Positions 1 through 13,640 of a DNA stretch of 64,000 bases are shown one piece after another. A program made the translations under genes and the position numbers. Position 1 is the first letter of the stretch. Every line of letters starts with the position of its first letter. The stretch is from the NCBI GenBank assembly GCA_051294905.1, contig CM119372.1:22198001-22262000 (forward strand), given 5' to 3'. The notes under the pieces were generated by a model, which searched no databases, was not told the DNA's origin, and saw only the letters and a program-made list of their open reading frames with translations. Origin of the DNA: Botryllus schlosseri. Lineage: Eukaryota.

Positions 1-544
1 ACACCAAAGATATTTCGCTAAACGTACCGGGATTCCAACCTGGCGTACTGGTAGCCAGAGCCACTAAAGCTTAACTATTATTTCAGTGGCTACTATAAAG
101 TTTGTGCTTCGTATACTACTATTCCTGATTGGAATCGCTGGCCTTTTTGCCTGATATATCAGGCGAGCAGCGATGATTTTCCAAGGTAAAGTTATTTATT
201 AAAAATTAATTAAAAAATAAAACATAGCGGGAGCACAGGACACCGATTCCATACAGGCTACTATTGTCAACTAAGGTTAGTTATCTATAATACTACGTAG
301 TGCGGAAGTAAATGATACCGAGATGTCACGGATGGTTTGCTGCGGGCGCAAATGTTTACATTCAACAGAATGGGGAAGGTAAAGGACAAAGCTGCAGACA
401 GTACAGAGTATGCAACAGCAGCAAATCAAACCACGGCCTTTGACTATCATCCGTGTGAGGACTTTCGCTTCATGTACCGGAAGGTTCGTTTCCTAATTTA
501 GTTCACATAATAATAGAGCGGTGTCCCTTGGGCGCCAGACACGG

Positions 545-780
545 CTAGTCAAGTTTACCGGACTACGACTTGACATATCGATCTCGCCTTCCGATACATA
601 CCACCTCTTTTTGTCGCCTGTCCTTTTATATTACCTTCTTTTACTTTTCATTCAGTGTATATACTTCCTTTTTACATCGCCTAAGCCAGGTGGCTGTCTG
701 ATTTCAGTCGTTTCGACACATTCCTATCTTTTCATCGTATCGCAGTTTGTGGTGTTTTGAAATGATGAAATTGTTTTCGT
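545..780 (+). repeat. Dispersed repeat, probable retroelement (LINE/SINE) 3' tail
   Basis: Diverged copies on the minus strand at ~35900..36140, ~20830..20990 and ~20220..20300 (shared ttacttttcattcagtg...gtcgtttcgacac...tatcgcagtttgtggtgt). Its 3' part resembles the tail of the SINE at 810..1155. Confidence 0.55.
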
Positions 781-809
781 AATCTCTAATTTAAAACCTG
801 CTAAGGTAG

Positions 810-1155
810 TAGGGAAGTGGTGACGATAAGCGACTGCTATCCGGCCCTCCTAGTTTGATTACGCGTCGGTGGTTTATGTGGGCTCCTCTTCCCCGACCCG
901 CGCAAAAAAAAGCCCAGAAAAGACCCGTTGAAAGAACGACTCGCAAGTAATGCAAAGAGCACAAATAAAGATTCGCGGAACAGAGAGTAAATCGAAAAGA
1001 ACTGTAACATCGGGCACTAAGCCGAGGTGGATGCCAGATCAAGAGACCGAAACTGGACGTTTCGGCATCCTCCTATCTTTTCATTACAGCGCATTGTGTG
1101 CATTGTATCGCATTGTACACTATTGTGTGTGTCTTGGTTCAATGAAGATATAATC
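810..1155 (+). mobile_element. Degenerate tRNA-derived SINE
   Basis: Colinear with 54490..54865(-). Shares the core GTCGGWGGTTTATSTGGGCTCCTC with the clear tRNA-headed copy at 44130..44333(-). Confidence 0.55.
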
Positions 1156-2276
1156 TCACGATGATTGATTGAATGATTTTCATGGTGTTTGGATAGACGA
1201 AACACAGCTGAAACAAACAACCAGTTGCCAAACCGTAGAAAAGATTTCCTCAGTTTTGCGAAGATTAACACCAACGTGGGAAAGACTTCGGCGGTCTGTA
1301 TGATTACTGTTTAGTTCTGCCAATTCAGGGTGTGAAAATTTGATTAGTTCGCAAAGGTTTTAATCATATCGAAGCTCCAACGATCCGATGGGTTTCGGCG
1401 ACCATTTCAGTTTAGTGCGAAATTATAAGAACTCATTATAGAATGTAGACAGAATTCTGTCTACATGTTAACATTCTATAAACTCATGCAAGAGTTCCGA
1501 ATTTTTAAAAATCTAAATTTAAAAATGAGGTATGATCACACTGTCGAGCAATATGACGTCACACCAGTAAAGCTTTGTCTATCGACGACCGGTGGTCACG
1601 ACCCGCGGCTCAGGAGTAGGCTATGTGGTTGTGTGCAGACTGCAGAGGTGGTCAGTAGGGTTGTTCAGATTTGGGCAATTTTTTGGAAACTTGTTTTGCG
1701 TAATTCCAAATGATAGTGTAGTGCATAAAAACACCTCTAAAACCGATTTTGGTCATTTTCATCGCGGTCTTCCCTGCGCGCAAAGCCCCCAAAGACCCAC
1801 GGATCAATTCTCCTTACTTCTGACGTGTTTACGTCATATCTTTATCTGTAGTGTTGACCGTGTCACTGGTTTGGAGCTTTTGTGAAGTTATCAGTTCAAG
1901 ACGGCTATGTAAGGATGGGAAATATATCTGTATTCATAACTGTACTGAAATGCAGTCCTATAAATGCCAGATGAATCTTCGTTATACCATGCAGAACCGG
2001 TATATCGTGTTCATGGGAAACATGTATTGGTAGCACGTTTGTTATGAATCGTACACCGAAGAAGCACCATCGTGTTGTGATTGAGAGTCGAGCTCGAGAA
2101 CAGATGCACAGACATTTCCAGCTGGTGTTCATTTCCAGCTGGTGTTAAGCTAGTAAATGTTACTGGAAGGAAGGCATGTAATATGTTATGTCAGTAATCT
2201 TTGCCTCGATTTTAGTGTTACTGTAAAATACTGAGTTATCCAATTTGCTGGTAGGCTAGAATTTGGTTGAAGAAGA

Positions 2277-3585
2277 ATGTCTGAAACAAAGCGGATAAAG
2301 GTGTCGGACCCACCAAGAACAAGATCGAAGTCTGCTCATTATTTGATTGGATATTCATCTGAGTGTATTATTCACTCCAAGTTACCTACTCTACGCCAAG
2401 TTCTACAGTATTTGCTGTATCTGAATGAGGAATGCCCTAAAACGACCAAAACTCAGGATTGACCGATAATGAAGCAACTATGTTGATTAGTGCCTTCATA
2501 CAGGCATGCGGTGGGGACTTAAATGACTTTGTGCTATCCAGGTCAACTATAAAGAGACGTAGAGAAGCTAATCGTCTTGAGATTTCGCATGAAATATACG
2601 AGTCATTTCAACAAGACCTACCGAATCATGCTGCTATACACTGGGATGGAAAGTTGACAGAAGACAGGTATGGAACAAAGTATGAAGCATTGCTGTTATT
2701 TTGTCTTCTCATCCTTTGCATACCAATGGAAAATTACTTGGAATTCAAAAGATTGAAAATGCCACAGGAGAGGTACAAGCTAAAACTGCATTTGATTTGA
2801 TAACGACTTGGAGTTTGCAGAATTCCATTGCCACGTTGGTATTTGACACGACATAAAGGAATAGTGGATGGAAAAAAGGAGCTGCAAAGTTACTGGAAGA
2901 CCGCCTAGGTAATAAATGTTGTATCATGCTTGTCGCCATCATGTATTGGAGTTGGTGGTAAAGAGTGTCTGGACAATCATTTTTGGACCTGAAACCACAG
3001 GTCCTGAAAATACATTATTCAACAATTTCAAAAAAACAACTACCGTTAAAGATGTTGCTGAATCTGCTCTCAATAAGTTGAAGAAGCATCCATGGTACAT
3101 TGTGGAAGAAACTTTGGTTTATGCCTTGTTCTCAGAAAAAGAAAGTTGCGATACCAGAAAAAGCATTGCAAGCCGCCTACTGAAAGTTGAAAAACCGCAA
3201 TCTTATCGACGCGGGCCACGCATTCTCTCATCAGAAGGGACTATAGAGGATAACACCACTTTGGCTGATTTAGTGGGCCCTCAGTCATGGCATTTGTTCA
3301 ACGAATTTGAGTGTTCTGGAGAATGGTTGAATCAGCCTGTGGTTGAATCAGCCTGTGGAACAATGGCCTAAGTATGAAACATACAATGAAATGAGCCATT
3401 TTGTAAGTAATGTCAAAGTCGTTAATGACGCTGCTGAACGAGGAGTTAAACTCAATACCGACTTTGCTTCGATCATCACAGATGATGAGCGCCAAAAGAA
3501 AAGTATGCTGCAAGTTGTTGAGCTACACCGTCAGAAGTATCACAACTTCAATAAATCCACACTGAAATCCTATGAGCCTGCCTGA
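2277..3585 (+). pseudogene. Frameshifted hAT-like (hATm-type) DDE transposase
   Basis: Pieces in different frames carry HWDGKL, LVFDTT, ACRHHVLEL (CxxH) and VVNDAAERGVKL motifs. Several frameshifts, including a 16-nt tandem duplication ggttgaatcagcctgt at ~3325..3356. Confidence 0.8.
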
Positions 3586-4556
3586 GACTAGAGCCTGTTG
3601 TTATCCACTTTTTGTTTTTATGCTTACCTAATTCTCAACATGTTCTTCAATGATAATACCTGTCTTTTCATCTTTCACAATTGTCTCAAGTCACGTAAAT
3701 GGTCGGCCTACTATGTCCGGATTTGTGTTTTGCCTTATTCTGCTTTTCAAGTTTGATAATGCAAATTTCCTTACAATAAATTCATCAAGTTTCAGAAACA
3801 TAGTCTGTGCCAGATTTCTTATGTTAACTCAGTTGTAAGCACATACCATAGTGGGTGACGACAATGACTAATATGTATTGAGATTGTTTCTGTTTCCGTA
3901 AGAACACCGGGGACGTTTTCAGACAGAATGCATTGGTAGTTGAGTATCAGGACCCCCATTTAGACTTACCTGTCATGATCATTTGAGAAGAAGCCTAGTG
4001 TCGTGAGCTTTTGACATTTGCATTCTGGCCGTATTCGCCACTGTGACAACGTCTTGGACAGGACAGGTCTGAGTTTTTGTGTTCGGAGGTGGTGGGGGAG
4101 GGGGGTGTCAACTTTCTTTCAGACGTATTAAATACTGCAAACCTGATGCGGATTAGGTGAATTGAAGCTACTATAAAGGTGAAATTACATTCATATACAA
4201 TATGTCTTTGATTAACATTTACAGAGTTGAAACCGGCTGCAAATGCCTGTATTCGTTCATTTCATACATAGGCCTACCACCCGGCTACCTATACCAAATA
4301 CGGGAAGGGGAAACACATTTGGCATGTATAGGAATGTAGGTATGTTCAATTGTCAAAAAGATAATACAACCTGATATTTCCCAGCTCTACTCGGCCGTTT
4401 TCTACCGCAAACTTCACAAAAGCTATACAAACCAGCAATGGTGAATCGTCGCTAGTAAGGAGAATTGACCCGTGGGTCTTTGGGGGCTTTGCGCGCAGGG
4501 AAGACCGCGATGAAAATGACCAAAATCGCTTTTAGAGGTGTTTTTATGCACTAAAC

Positions 4557-5748
4557 CAGAGGTCTCAAACACGCGGCCCGCCAGAGCATTTTGTGCGGCC
4601 CGCGACGACATTTTAGATTTTTATTAATTTTACAAAATATAAGTGTCACATATATCTTTTCAGGTTATAAAGAGAAAATTCCCTATTAAATTGATCCGAA
4701 AGCCTTAAACTATTCGTCAAACTTCACTATCACATCAATTGCAAACGCTACCATGCACTGGAACATTCACTATTTCGCTAATTTCCAATTCATGATGACA
4801 AAACCGGACCCTTAGACGATTCTAGACTGAAATTTGTGAGTTGGACTTGGACGCGACCTTTCTTAGAATTACTCAGACTCGGGCTAACTCGATGGCAAAA
4901 TGAAAATGACTCGAGTGGACTTGAAGTGAGTCGGAATGCCGTAAATTTGTTAGAACCATGGACGCAACAAACTAATCGCGTATCAGGGGAATAGTAATAG
5001 ATCAGAAGGTCGCAGTTCGGTATTTCGCTAACTAAGCAAGTATAGTTATGGCAAACTGTTAGTTACATCTTTGGTCGCTAAACCATGTTATTAAGGCCAC
5101 TTAAAGGTATCGAGTACCGTAGTGGTACGCTCGAACGATGTAACAGCAATGGGCCGTTCGGCGTTCCGACATTTCAATCACTTGGACAAATTCATTAATA
5201 TATTTATATTGTATTTATATTTTTTCTGCTCCTATATTTGAAGATATTTGGCCATGAGATTAATAGCCTACTTATCAGAAGTATACACGAATCCTGGATT
5301 GGAATTACAATGCTCATTTGCTCAACTTTAAAATGTTTTGATATCAGATCAGTCTCTATTATCAGTCTGTTGGATTCAAAATATTTATAGTAGCTGAAAA
5401 TTATAACCTGACAGCTTTTATGATGGCATCATACATTTGTCCGCCCATATGGTGTCTATATCTTATAGTTTTTATATATATCAAGTACAACAACAATTCT
5501 ATTCAAATAGTTATAAATGTGATGATTGTTTTCGTGCCAGGCCTAAATTCATACAAACGTAAATCACATTTTGACGATGTGTGTTTACTGTCAGTCTGCT
5601 GGATCGGCTCACTTTCAATAGGGAAATTCATTCCCGCCAAACAAGGCCTACTTGGAAAGACATAGAATACCTCTATAAATGCTGCGGCCCGCGGCGTCGT
5701 CAAAACTGGGAAAATGGCCCGCAAGCACATTTGAGTTTGAGACCTCTG
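4557..5748. mobile_element. hAT (Charlie/Buster-like) non-autonomous element nested in the right TIR of the hATm-like element
   Basis: TIR cagaggtctcaaac / gtttgagacctctg with gcggcccgc subterminal motifs. Perfect TSD cactaaac (4549..4556, 5749..5756). Confidence 0.9.
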
Positions 5749-6051
5749 CACTAAACTATCATTTGGAATTACGCAAAACAAGTTTCCAAAAAATTGCCCA
5801 AATCTGAACAACCCTAGTGGTCAGTAATGAAGTACTTCTACTGTTTGAAGTACTTGAAGTAGATTTTGCCTACTCACACTACTTTTTAAGTAGTTATGAT
5901 TTTAGACTACTTCTACTTGACAGTTTTTAGTTTTGTAGGCAAAAATAAGCGTAGAATACCTACTTACTTGTGAACCACCACTCCTACTTGAGTAGAAATT
6001 CCGGCGTTACTTCTACTTGAGTAGCGACGGTGACTACTTTGACCACCTCTG

Positions 6052-6480
6052 GTTGGACCACGCAATAGCAACCTAACTAAGAGATCTATCGACTACTCGG
6101 GACCTATCATCTGGAATGCATTACCACCACATATCCGTGAATTGCCCTATAATAGATTCAAAAAAGCCCTACTTGATCACCTCTTGTCGTTACACTAACA
6201 CTGTTGCCCTACCTCGCCCAGACATTGCTTCATTGATCATTTGCTACCATTGTTTATTTTTTTTCTATTTTCCTTTCTTAACTAAACATTTTTTTACAGC
6301 CAGACTGTTCAGAGTCAAGTGTACCTGTTTGATGCAGGTGTGATCAGACTAGATGACCTTCACGGTCTCATCGATCATTCCTATCTAATACCGAATACTG
6401 TAAACGCATATTTTCTGTACCACCATCACTGCCGTTTGTTATGTATTTTGGTTCGATGAAAATAAAGACTCTCTCTCTCT
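6052..6480 (+). mobile_element. 5'-truncated CR1/L2-like LINE 3' end
   Basis: 6052..6198 translates VGPRNSNLTKRSIDYSGPIIWNALPPHIRELPYNRFKKALLDHLLSLH*, a typical ORF2 C-terminus (GPxxWNxLP...FK). Followed by a 3'UTR, AATAAA (6461) and a (CT)n tail. Confidence 0.75.
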
Positions 6481-7907
6481 GTTGTAAGTTGTAACCAGGA
6501 CCGAAGTCACATTTTACCAGACCCCTGCCGCCAAGATGATCTTGGGCCCACCGTATAGGGTAGGCCTAGGATGCAAGTTCTGGGGGCTTAATGCATCTGG
6601 ACGTTAAATGATTTGATTGAATCATGTTCATGCCTCACCAATATGATTATTTATCAGCCTAATCCCGATGCGCACTACAGCACTGAGCCATATAAATATC
6701 GCGCACAACCGGTGGTTTCCAACATTTCTTGTTCGCGACTCCATTAGCAATCTGAAAATGGTCCGCGGCCCAGCTAAAAATTTTATACGCTGATTACTAA
6801 TTAAAGGGCATCAGATTTGCCCAGACTTACTCACGGCCTCACAGCAATTACTGACCTACGCATGGGAAGAACCCCTTCGCACGTTATCCGATCGTTTACG
6901 CATATCGTAGGACGACAGCAAAGGTTAATCGATGGATTTATAGCAGACGGTTACTGTGGACTGAGATGATCAGTTGTTCACCCTATACCAATAACCGTTC
7001 TCGGCGCTATAGTTAGGGTTACTATACGTCCTCCTTTCGGAGGATATGAGAATCTTGGTTAAATATAGGGCAAAATTCGACTACAGTAAACCAGCACTAT
7101 TTCCAGGCTATTTCCACATTCCCATGCCGATAATTCGGCGGGTGCATTGGATCCTCTCCCCACTGCCAAAAAGAACTAATCCGTAGCGGTCACTGTCACA
7201 GATCCTAAGCCAATATGTAAAATTCGCGTTGTCAACATCCCGCCCGGTATTGATTAATTCGATCAGTCTCGAAATATTCAGCAGGTTAAGTACTTGATTT
7301 AGTGCTCAGTTGATCTTGCAGCATATCATTAACCTACACATTGCGCACACTTAGCTCCAACACCGCTTTCACGCATCAAGGCAACGGAACTATTATATCA
7401 TCTGCTGCAACATCGATGCGATGGAAACCCCCGTTCCAATAGCATCCCACTTCCTATTGGCACTACAACCATTGGGCGTGACACAGGGAAGACATCATCC
7501 GGTGGATATACTATTCAACACAGCTTACGGTCATTTGCAATTAATATTCTACTATATAACACTACAATTATATACACCAATTGCAAGCCTGGTGAAAAAC
7601 ACGCTCACTGCGCTTCACCAGAATGGATGAACAAGCCACAATTTACAAAGACAGTAAGTACACTCGAAAAATACTTTCAACTCATAATAAAAACTTAAAC
7701 AAGACTTCCTTCCATTGGGCATTTCAAATTTTCACGGACGCACAACCGGCTGGGAAACACGAAATCGAGAGGCCTCGTAGCCGGACATTAAATTCAGTAG
7801 AATTATCGCCATGGAGCAAAAAAAAATTGCTTTCGATTTCAGATGCCATCTGTTGGTTTCAACACCGGTCCTCCACCTGTCCGATTGTTTCTCTCTAACT
7901 TCTGCAG

Positions 7908-8054
7908 CAGCCGCATATTCCGGAGAGATCACTATCCCCGCGATTCAAGTATTGGCACAGTACACGATGGACCATGGTGCACCAGAAAAGGCTGCAGAGC
8001 CATCTCACTGTGTTGACCAGTGCTTGGCGAACGAGCAGGAAACTGTTAGTTGAT
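7908..8054 (+). other. Candidate internal exon of an unidentified plus-strand gene
   Basis: Strong acceptor (ctctctaacttctgcag) and donor (GAT|gtaagt), 147 nt, phase-0 frame open. Product not recognised. Confidence 0.3.
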
Positions 8055-8732
8055 GTAAGTATGCGTTTCACACGAGCAGAACTTGCATTTAAAATAATAC
8101 AGGGACGGTTCAAAGTTCTAGTTTCTTGTCGACATTGCCATAAGTCTGTCAGACAGTCCAGTAACATTCCATAAGCTAGAGCAAATAATGTATTATACAC
8201 TAATAAATCGATATATCCAACTAAGCATCGTATTTTATAAGGCTATGCGAATACCGTTGTGGAGTCAAATACACAGACATGAAAAGGACTAGAAAAACCC
8301 ACAAGCAAGTATACTTGGTCACCAGCTACGCAAACCAACTCGGGAGCATTTTGAATCGAGATGAAACTGAGTGTGCATAAGCTACCAATATGAGCATGGG
8401 CTCGAATATGATCATAAATATCGTTCTAACAATCGGTTATAATTGAAAAACGCACGTCACGCAGGCCAAATCGCAAAAGTAGCCCTGTGACAACGCATAT
8501 CTCTGGATTTTCGCTGTCTAGTCAAAAGAAGGACACGTCTTGGCGAGGTCTCTCTCGCAGCGAGCATTCGCCCTTCATGAGTTGGTCCACGATCAATCGG
8601 AACGCAAACGAAGACATGGTATAAACCATGATCCGTATTTCAAAACGCCCTAGTGCAATGTCCCTTCATTTTGACAAGATTCCAGGTCGGCCAGGTTCGG
8701 TCAGATGCTTCTATGTTCAAGTGGGTTTTCGA

Positions 8733-8928
8733 TTATTTCATGTACACCCCGACCACCGCCCACAGCAATTCATTGTTGGCGCTGCGCTGCCCTTGTTCTT
8801 CCGGGTTGAGGTCGAGCAAAAACCGAACTCTACGCATGGCGGTATCGTAATCCTCGTCCGATAACGGCTGGAAAGCATTTTCCAACACGTCGCTTGAATG
8901 AGCGAGGTAAATGAGAGCGAGTGTGCGG
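8733..8928 (-). CDS. GOLPH3: GOLPH3 exon 5 (terminal): RTLALIYLAHSSDVLENAFQPLSDEDYDTAMRRVRFLLDLNPEEQGQRSANNELLWAVVGVYMK*
   Basis: Acceptor ggcag, phase 2, TAA at 8735..8733. Matches the GOLPH3 C-terminus (LALIYLAHxSDVLENAF...LWAVV). Confidence 0.95.
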
Positions 8929-9651
8929 CTGCCAGAGAAATACAGATTTAGAGATCACGGTCGAGGAGCAATGAAAAGAATAAAAATTCACACCGTAGCG
9001 CTATACAAAATATATGATTCAGTAGCAAACTTCACTAGTTCACTACTTGTCCCATTTTTTTACGCCAAATTACTTATTCCATTGATAACAAACAAACATC
9101 AATGCGACATAATAAGTGTCGGAAATTTATTCCAAACTTTATAAACTTATTTAATCAGAGGCCGTCAAAGCAGTAGTCTCGGTACTAAAGTAGAATTTAT
9201 ATTTAATCAAAGAAGCAGCAATTCCCAAGACATGGCAAAATTACTCAAGTAGAAGTGGAAAAAAAAAGGCCCGTAAAGTTTTCAAGTAGTTTCTAGAGTA
9301 GATATGCTCTTGGTGTCGCATACTATTAGCAGTAAATCAGAGGTGGCTACCTATGAAATTGCACGACACAACGTTGTGACTAATGCGAAATGGCTAATCA
9401 CACTGAACTCATGCAAGTAACGTAAACGCATCCTAACAATACTTTCTACTTCACCAGTCCATACATAAGTGAAGGTTAGCAAAACCTACTTGAGTACAAG
9501 TACTTTGACCAACCACCTCTAAGCAAACTACATCATAGAAACTGATAAAATCAGGCCAACAACACGGGAGATTGTGGCAACAGGTTCAAGTTTCCATTCT
9601 CAAAAAGAATATAATGACTCGGACACAATCTCACATCCGTATCAAGACTTA

Positions 9652-9969
<318 letters not shown>

Positions 9970-10138
9970 CTAAAATCCCTCGATGGCAATGATGCCCGTG
10001 CCGGTATTACGGATGTACTGGGATGGGAGAAGTTATGCCGATGGTGCAATTACGGCACGGATCTATCGCGATAAAGATGACATGACTATGTTCCAGTCAA
10101 AAACTCAAAAGGGAAAGATGCAAATTAGCATTGTCCAA

Positions 10139-11786
10139 TAGGGTTGTCCATAATTTGGAAAATCTTACAAATCCTCGGTTGTAATGTCTTATTCGATAGA
10201 TTATTGATAAAAAACGACACTGAGCCTGAAAGAAGCTCACAGAAAGGCCAATAAGATTTCGTGCAAAGCGTTTGAAAGTAGCTGCCGAAGAATGGGCGTG
10301 CCACCGACCATAGAACGGCGAGAAGACTAGTAATCAAGAAACCACGGCTCTTGATTGGATAATCGGCTATGCTTCAATGACCACGTCAGCAGCAGCTTGC
10401 TGATTAGGTGAACAAGGAGTCTGCTACTGGCGGCGATTCTGAAAGCGCATTGTATGTAGGTTGACAGATAATGATTTAGGATTGATTCAAGGTATCTTGA
10501 GGTACGAAATACATGATGTACAAACAACAGCTGCTTCACAAAAACGTCTAAAGCATGACCGCTTCATTGTGAAGGAAACCGCTGTAGCCTATATGCTTTG
10601 TTTTCAACGAGGGAAAGCATAGGCGCTTATGCAAGTGGCGACGGATTCCTAGTTTCAGAAATAATATATCATTATTGAATACAAAGATAAAGCTTGACAA
10701 TGACACTATAAGTTAGGTGATCTTATGTGGCTCAGGTTGCAGTACATAGTTGAAGTTTTGAATGCTCTAGCGATCGGCTGAATCAGACGGTTAGGCTTAG
10801 CACTCATCAGATGTTTGCAGCAAATTGAATTGACTTATAAATGTTTTCAAAGTCCCTAATGATGTCGCAGAAATGAGGTTTAAATGCAAGCACAGGCCCT
10901 GCTTGATATGATATGCAAACTATGCTGGATATTATGCACTTTGCAGCATTGTCTGTGTTTACATTTACACCCCTTTTCTGCGCGATTATTAAGGAATTTG
11001 ACGTAACATATCCAGCATATTATGTGCTTACTTTTACGCCTCTTTTCTGCGTCATCATCAAGGACTCTGACAACACTTGCAAGTGAATACAGTTTGATGC
11101 AAGCATCTGACAAGTGCCAAGCATAACCCGCTGATTCAGCCGACCCTTAGAGCTTTCAAAACTTCAACTATATGTAGCCTACTACAACCTGAGCCCAATG
11201 AGATCACACAAACTATAGTGTCATTGTTAAGCTTTTATCTTTGTATTCAATAATGATATATTATTTGTGAAACTAGGAATCCGTCGCCACTTGCATAAGC
11301 GCCTATGCTTTCCCTCGTTGAAAACAAGGCATATAGGCTACGGCGGTTTCTTTCACAATAAAGCAGTCATGCTTTAGACGTCTTTGTGAAGCAGCTGTTG
11401 TTTGTTCATCATGTATTTCGTACCTCAACATACCCTTATTCAATACTAAATCATTATCTGTCAACCTACATACAATGCGCTTTCAGAATCGCCGCCAGTA
11501 GCAGACTCCTTGTTCACCTAATCAGCAAGCTGCTGCTGACGTGGTCATTGAAGCATAGCCGATTATCCAATCAAGAGCCGTGGTTTCTTGATTACTAGTC
11601 TTCTCGCCGTTCTATGGTCGGTGGCACGCCCATTCTTCGGCAGCTACTTTCAAACGCTTTGCACGAAATCTTAACGGCCTTTCTGTGAGCTTCTTTCAGG
11701 CTCAGTGTCGTTTTTTATCAATAATCTATCGAATAAGACATTACAACCGAGGATTTGTAAGATTTTCCAAATTATGGACAACCCTA
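10139..11786. mobile_element. Long-palindromic TAGGG-ended (hATm-like) non-autonomous element in GOLPH3 intron 3
   Basis: ~650-bp inverted arms starting TAGGGTTGTCCATAATTTGG. Perfect TSD ttgtccaa. Near-identical copy at 38016..39655. Confidence 0.92.
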
Positions 11787-12451
11787 TTGTCCAACCATGA
11801 AAATCAAATTGAAACGTTACTGGACGTTTGCAGTGCTTTCGGAAAATGATGTTATGAAGACATTGGCGATAACTGATGTACAGTGAATAATTATAATTTA
11901 TAAAATGAATTATAAAAGGCATCACGACCATACGGTCCGGATATCACTGGAAAATATCAATACTGGGTATCCCTACCATTGAACGTATTCGTCAAGTCAG
12001 TTTAATAGCAATCTTTCTAGTCATTATTATAGAGATATACGTAGAGCATAGACATAGAGGATATGTGAAACTAATTAGTGCGAAAAATTATGTATTCCTC
12101 TTTGACAGTCATTTTCTAATCATCATCACAAAATATTCAATATAGCCTATTGCTTGATGCTATACTAGTGCATTAGCTTGACATTTTTAGCTCAATCAAA
12201 AGTCATAACTTTGTCAGCTAGCCTAGTCATTTCTAATCACAACATACCAGCAGGTTTTCCACATTTTCTATCACTGAAACAAGACTATTGTCGACAGCAT
12301 TTTAATGATGATTACATGTGTTATCGTTGTCAAATTTTCTCATGTAAAACGATTTTTTATGTAGAATCATCAGAACCACAGGGAATTAATACAATTATCA
12401 ATTGTATATTCATCACCGAAAACTAGTATGTGCAAAAAATTGCATCGATGT

Positions 12452-13134
12452 CAGGGACGGGCAACTTCTCCAGTTGGCGGGCCGGATATACGAAAATGGA
12501 GTACTTGCCGGGCCGGATTCCTAAATCGATAGAGTAATCGTGAATTTATCCTCATGTAAGGAATGAATCATATATAATGTGAATTTTAAGTTGAAAGCAT
12601 AGAAGCCAAGACAGTATTTAATGCTTGTAGTATCCCGAATACATTTTAATTTCTTGATAAAAAAAACGCAGATAGGGGTTTAAAGTGAATCCAAAAAATA
12701 TCACGTTTAACATTGTTCGAAGTATGACGGCAAAAAATAGTATTTGATAATTTACCGTCACTTATTTCTCATTCCCTAACATCAACATATACACTGAGCA
12801 GCATATATTAACAGTGCAATTCACAGCTTTCAATTTAGAAATACAATTATTACGCTATAGAATACAGCTAAAATTTTTGACTCAGCCCACCAACGTATTT
12901 TCGGCTTCTCATTTGGCCAACGGAGATAAGTAATAGCCAACGCCTGAGCTAGATTGTTAATTTTCATAGTCGAAAATGTTTGCTCGCAAATATCTGTAGA
13001 CCTGAACATAGCAAGTAAGTTTCATGGCCACCTTTCTCTGGCCGCGGGTCACATTATCATAAAAGACCGGAAACTCTCTGCGGGGTGCTCAAAATCCCGG
13101 ATCCGGCCCGCGGACCGTATGTTGCCCGCCCCTG
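12452..13134. mobile_element. hAT MITE in GOLPH3 intron 3
   Basis: Ends cagggacgggcaac / gttgcccgcccctg. TSD atcgatgt/atctatgt (7/8). Confidence 0.8.
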
Positions 13135-13640
13135 ATCTATGTGGAGCACCAAAAGGCGTTCAAGGATATGCACCATGTATCCGAAAGCTTTCAAAAGATA
13201 ATGAATTTTTTGGCAACAAGAAATTAAAATATTGTTTGGGCAATAGCTCACAGCGTTGCTTGTATCTTCTCTAGAATAGACATCACGTTTATCTACTAAT
13301 ACAGCAGGAAAACTGGAGAACACCGATATCCCAATGGCAGCATCTATTTATTATGTTTGTCTAACACATATAGAATCACAGGTATCATAGGATTTCTGAA
13401 TATTAAGAATGTATCGACAAAGAAGATGGAATTTATTCCTACGTTATCCCAGATTCAAGTGACGGAAGCAAAAGTGCCAACCCAGGATATTACTGTAATT
13501 AACAAATCTAATTACCATATTTTGACAACCTCACTTCATTCGCAATTCATAGGACACTAATGATTTTATGAATGTATAATGTCAGTGATGCCATAAAACT
13601 CAAATAACATCTTACGAAAAGGACAATGTTAGACACCGAC

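Larger units (their letters stand above)
1656..5816 (+). mobile_element. hAT-superfamily (hATm-like, TAGGG-ended) DNA transposon with decayed transposase
   Basis: ~160-bp TIRs starting TAGGGTTGTTCAGATTTGGG (right TIR split by an insertion at 4557..5748). Perfect 8-bp TSD gtggtcag (1648..1655, 5817..5824). Confidence 0.85.
1643..6051. mobile_element. CAGAGGTGGTCA-ended hAT-type MITE (agtagaagt-rich), split by the 1656..5816 insertion
   Basis: Ends cagaggtggtca / tgaccacctctg. Family members at 9340..9520 (degenerate), 27930, 37615 and 51796..53132. No matching TSD seen for this copy. Confidence 0.7.

Noticed and set aside
301..483. In-frame TGA read as selenocysteine
   Set aside because: An alternative frame with the donor at 378 avoids the stop; no SECIS or selenoprotein similarity recognised.
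10125..11931. Repeated 70-aa ORF MKQLLFVHHVF... (also at 38204)
   Set aside because: Simply the mirrored TIR sequence of a non-autonomous element; non-ATG start and no domain.
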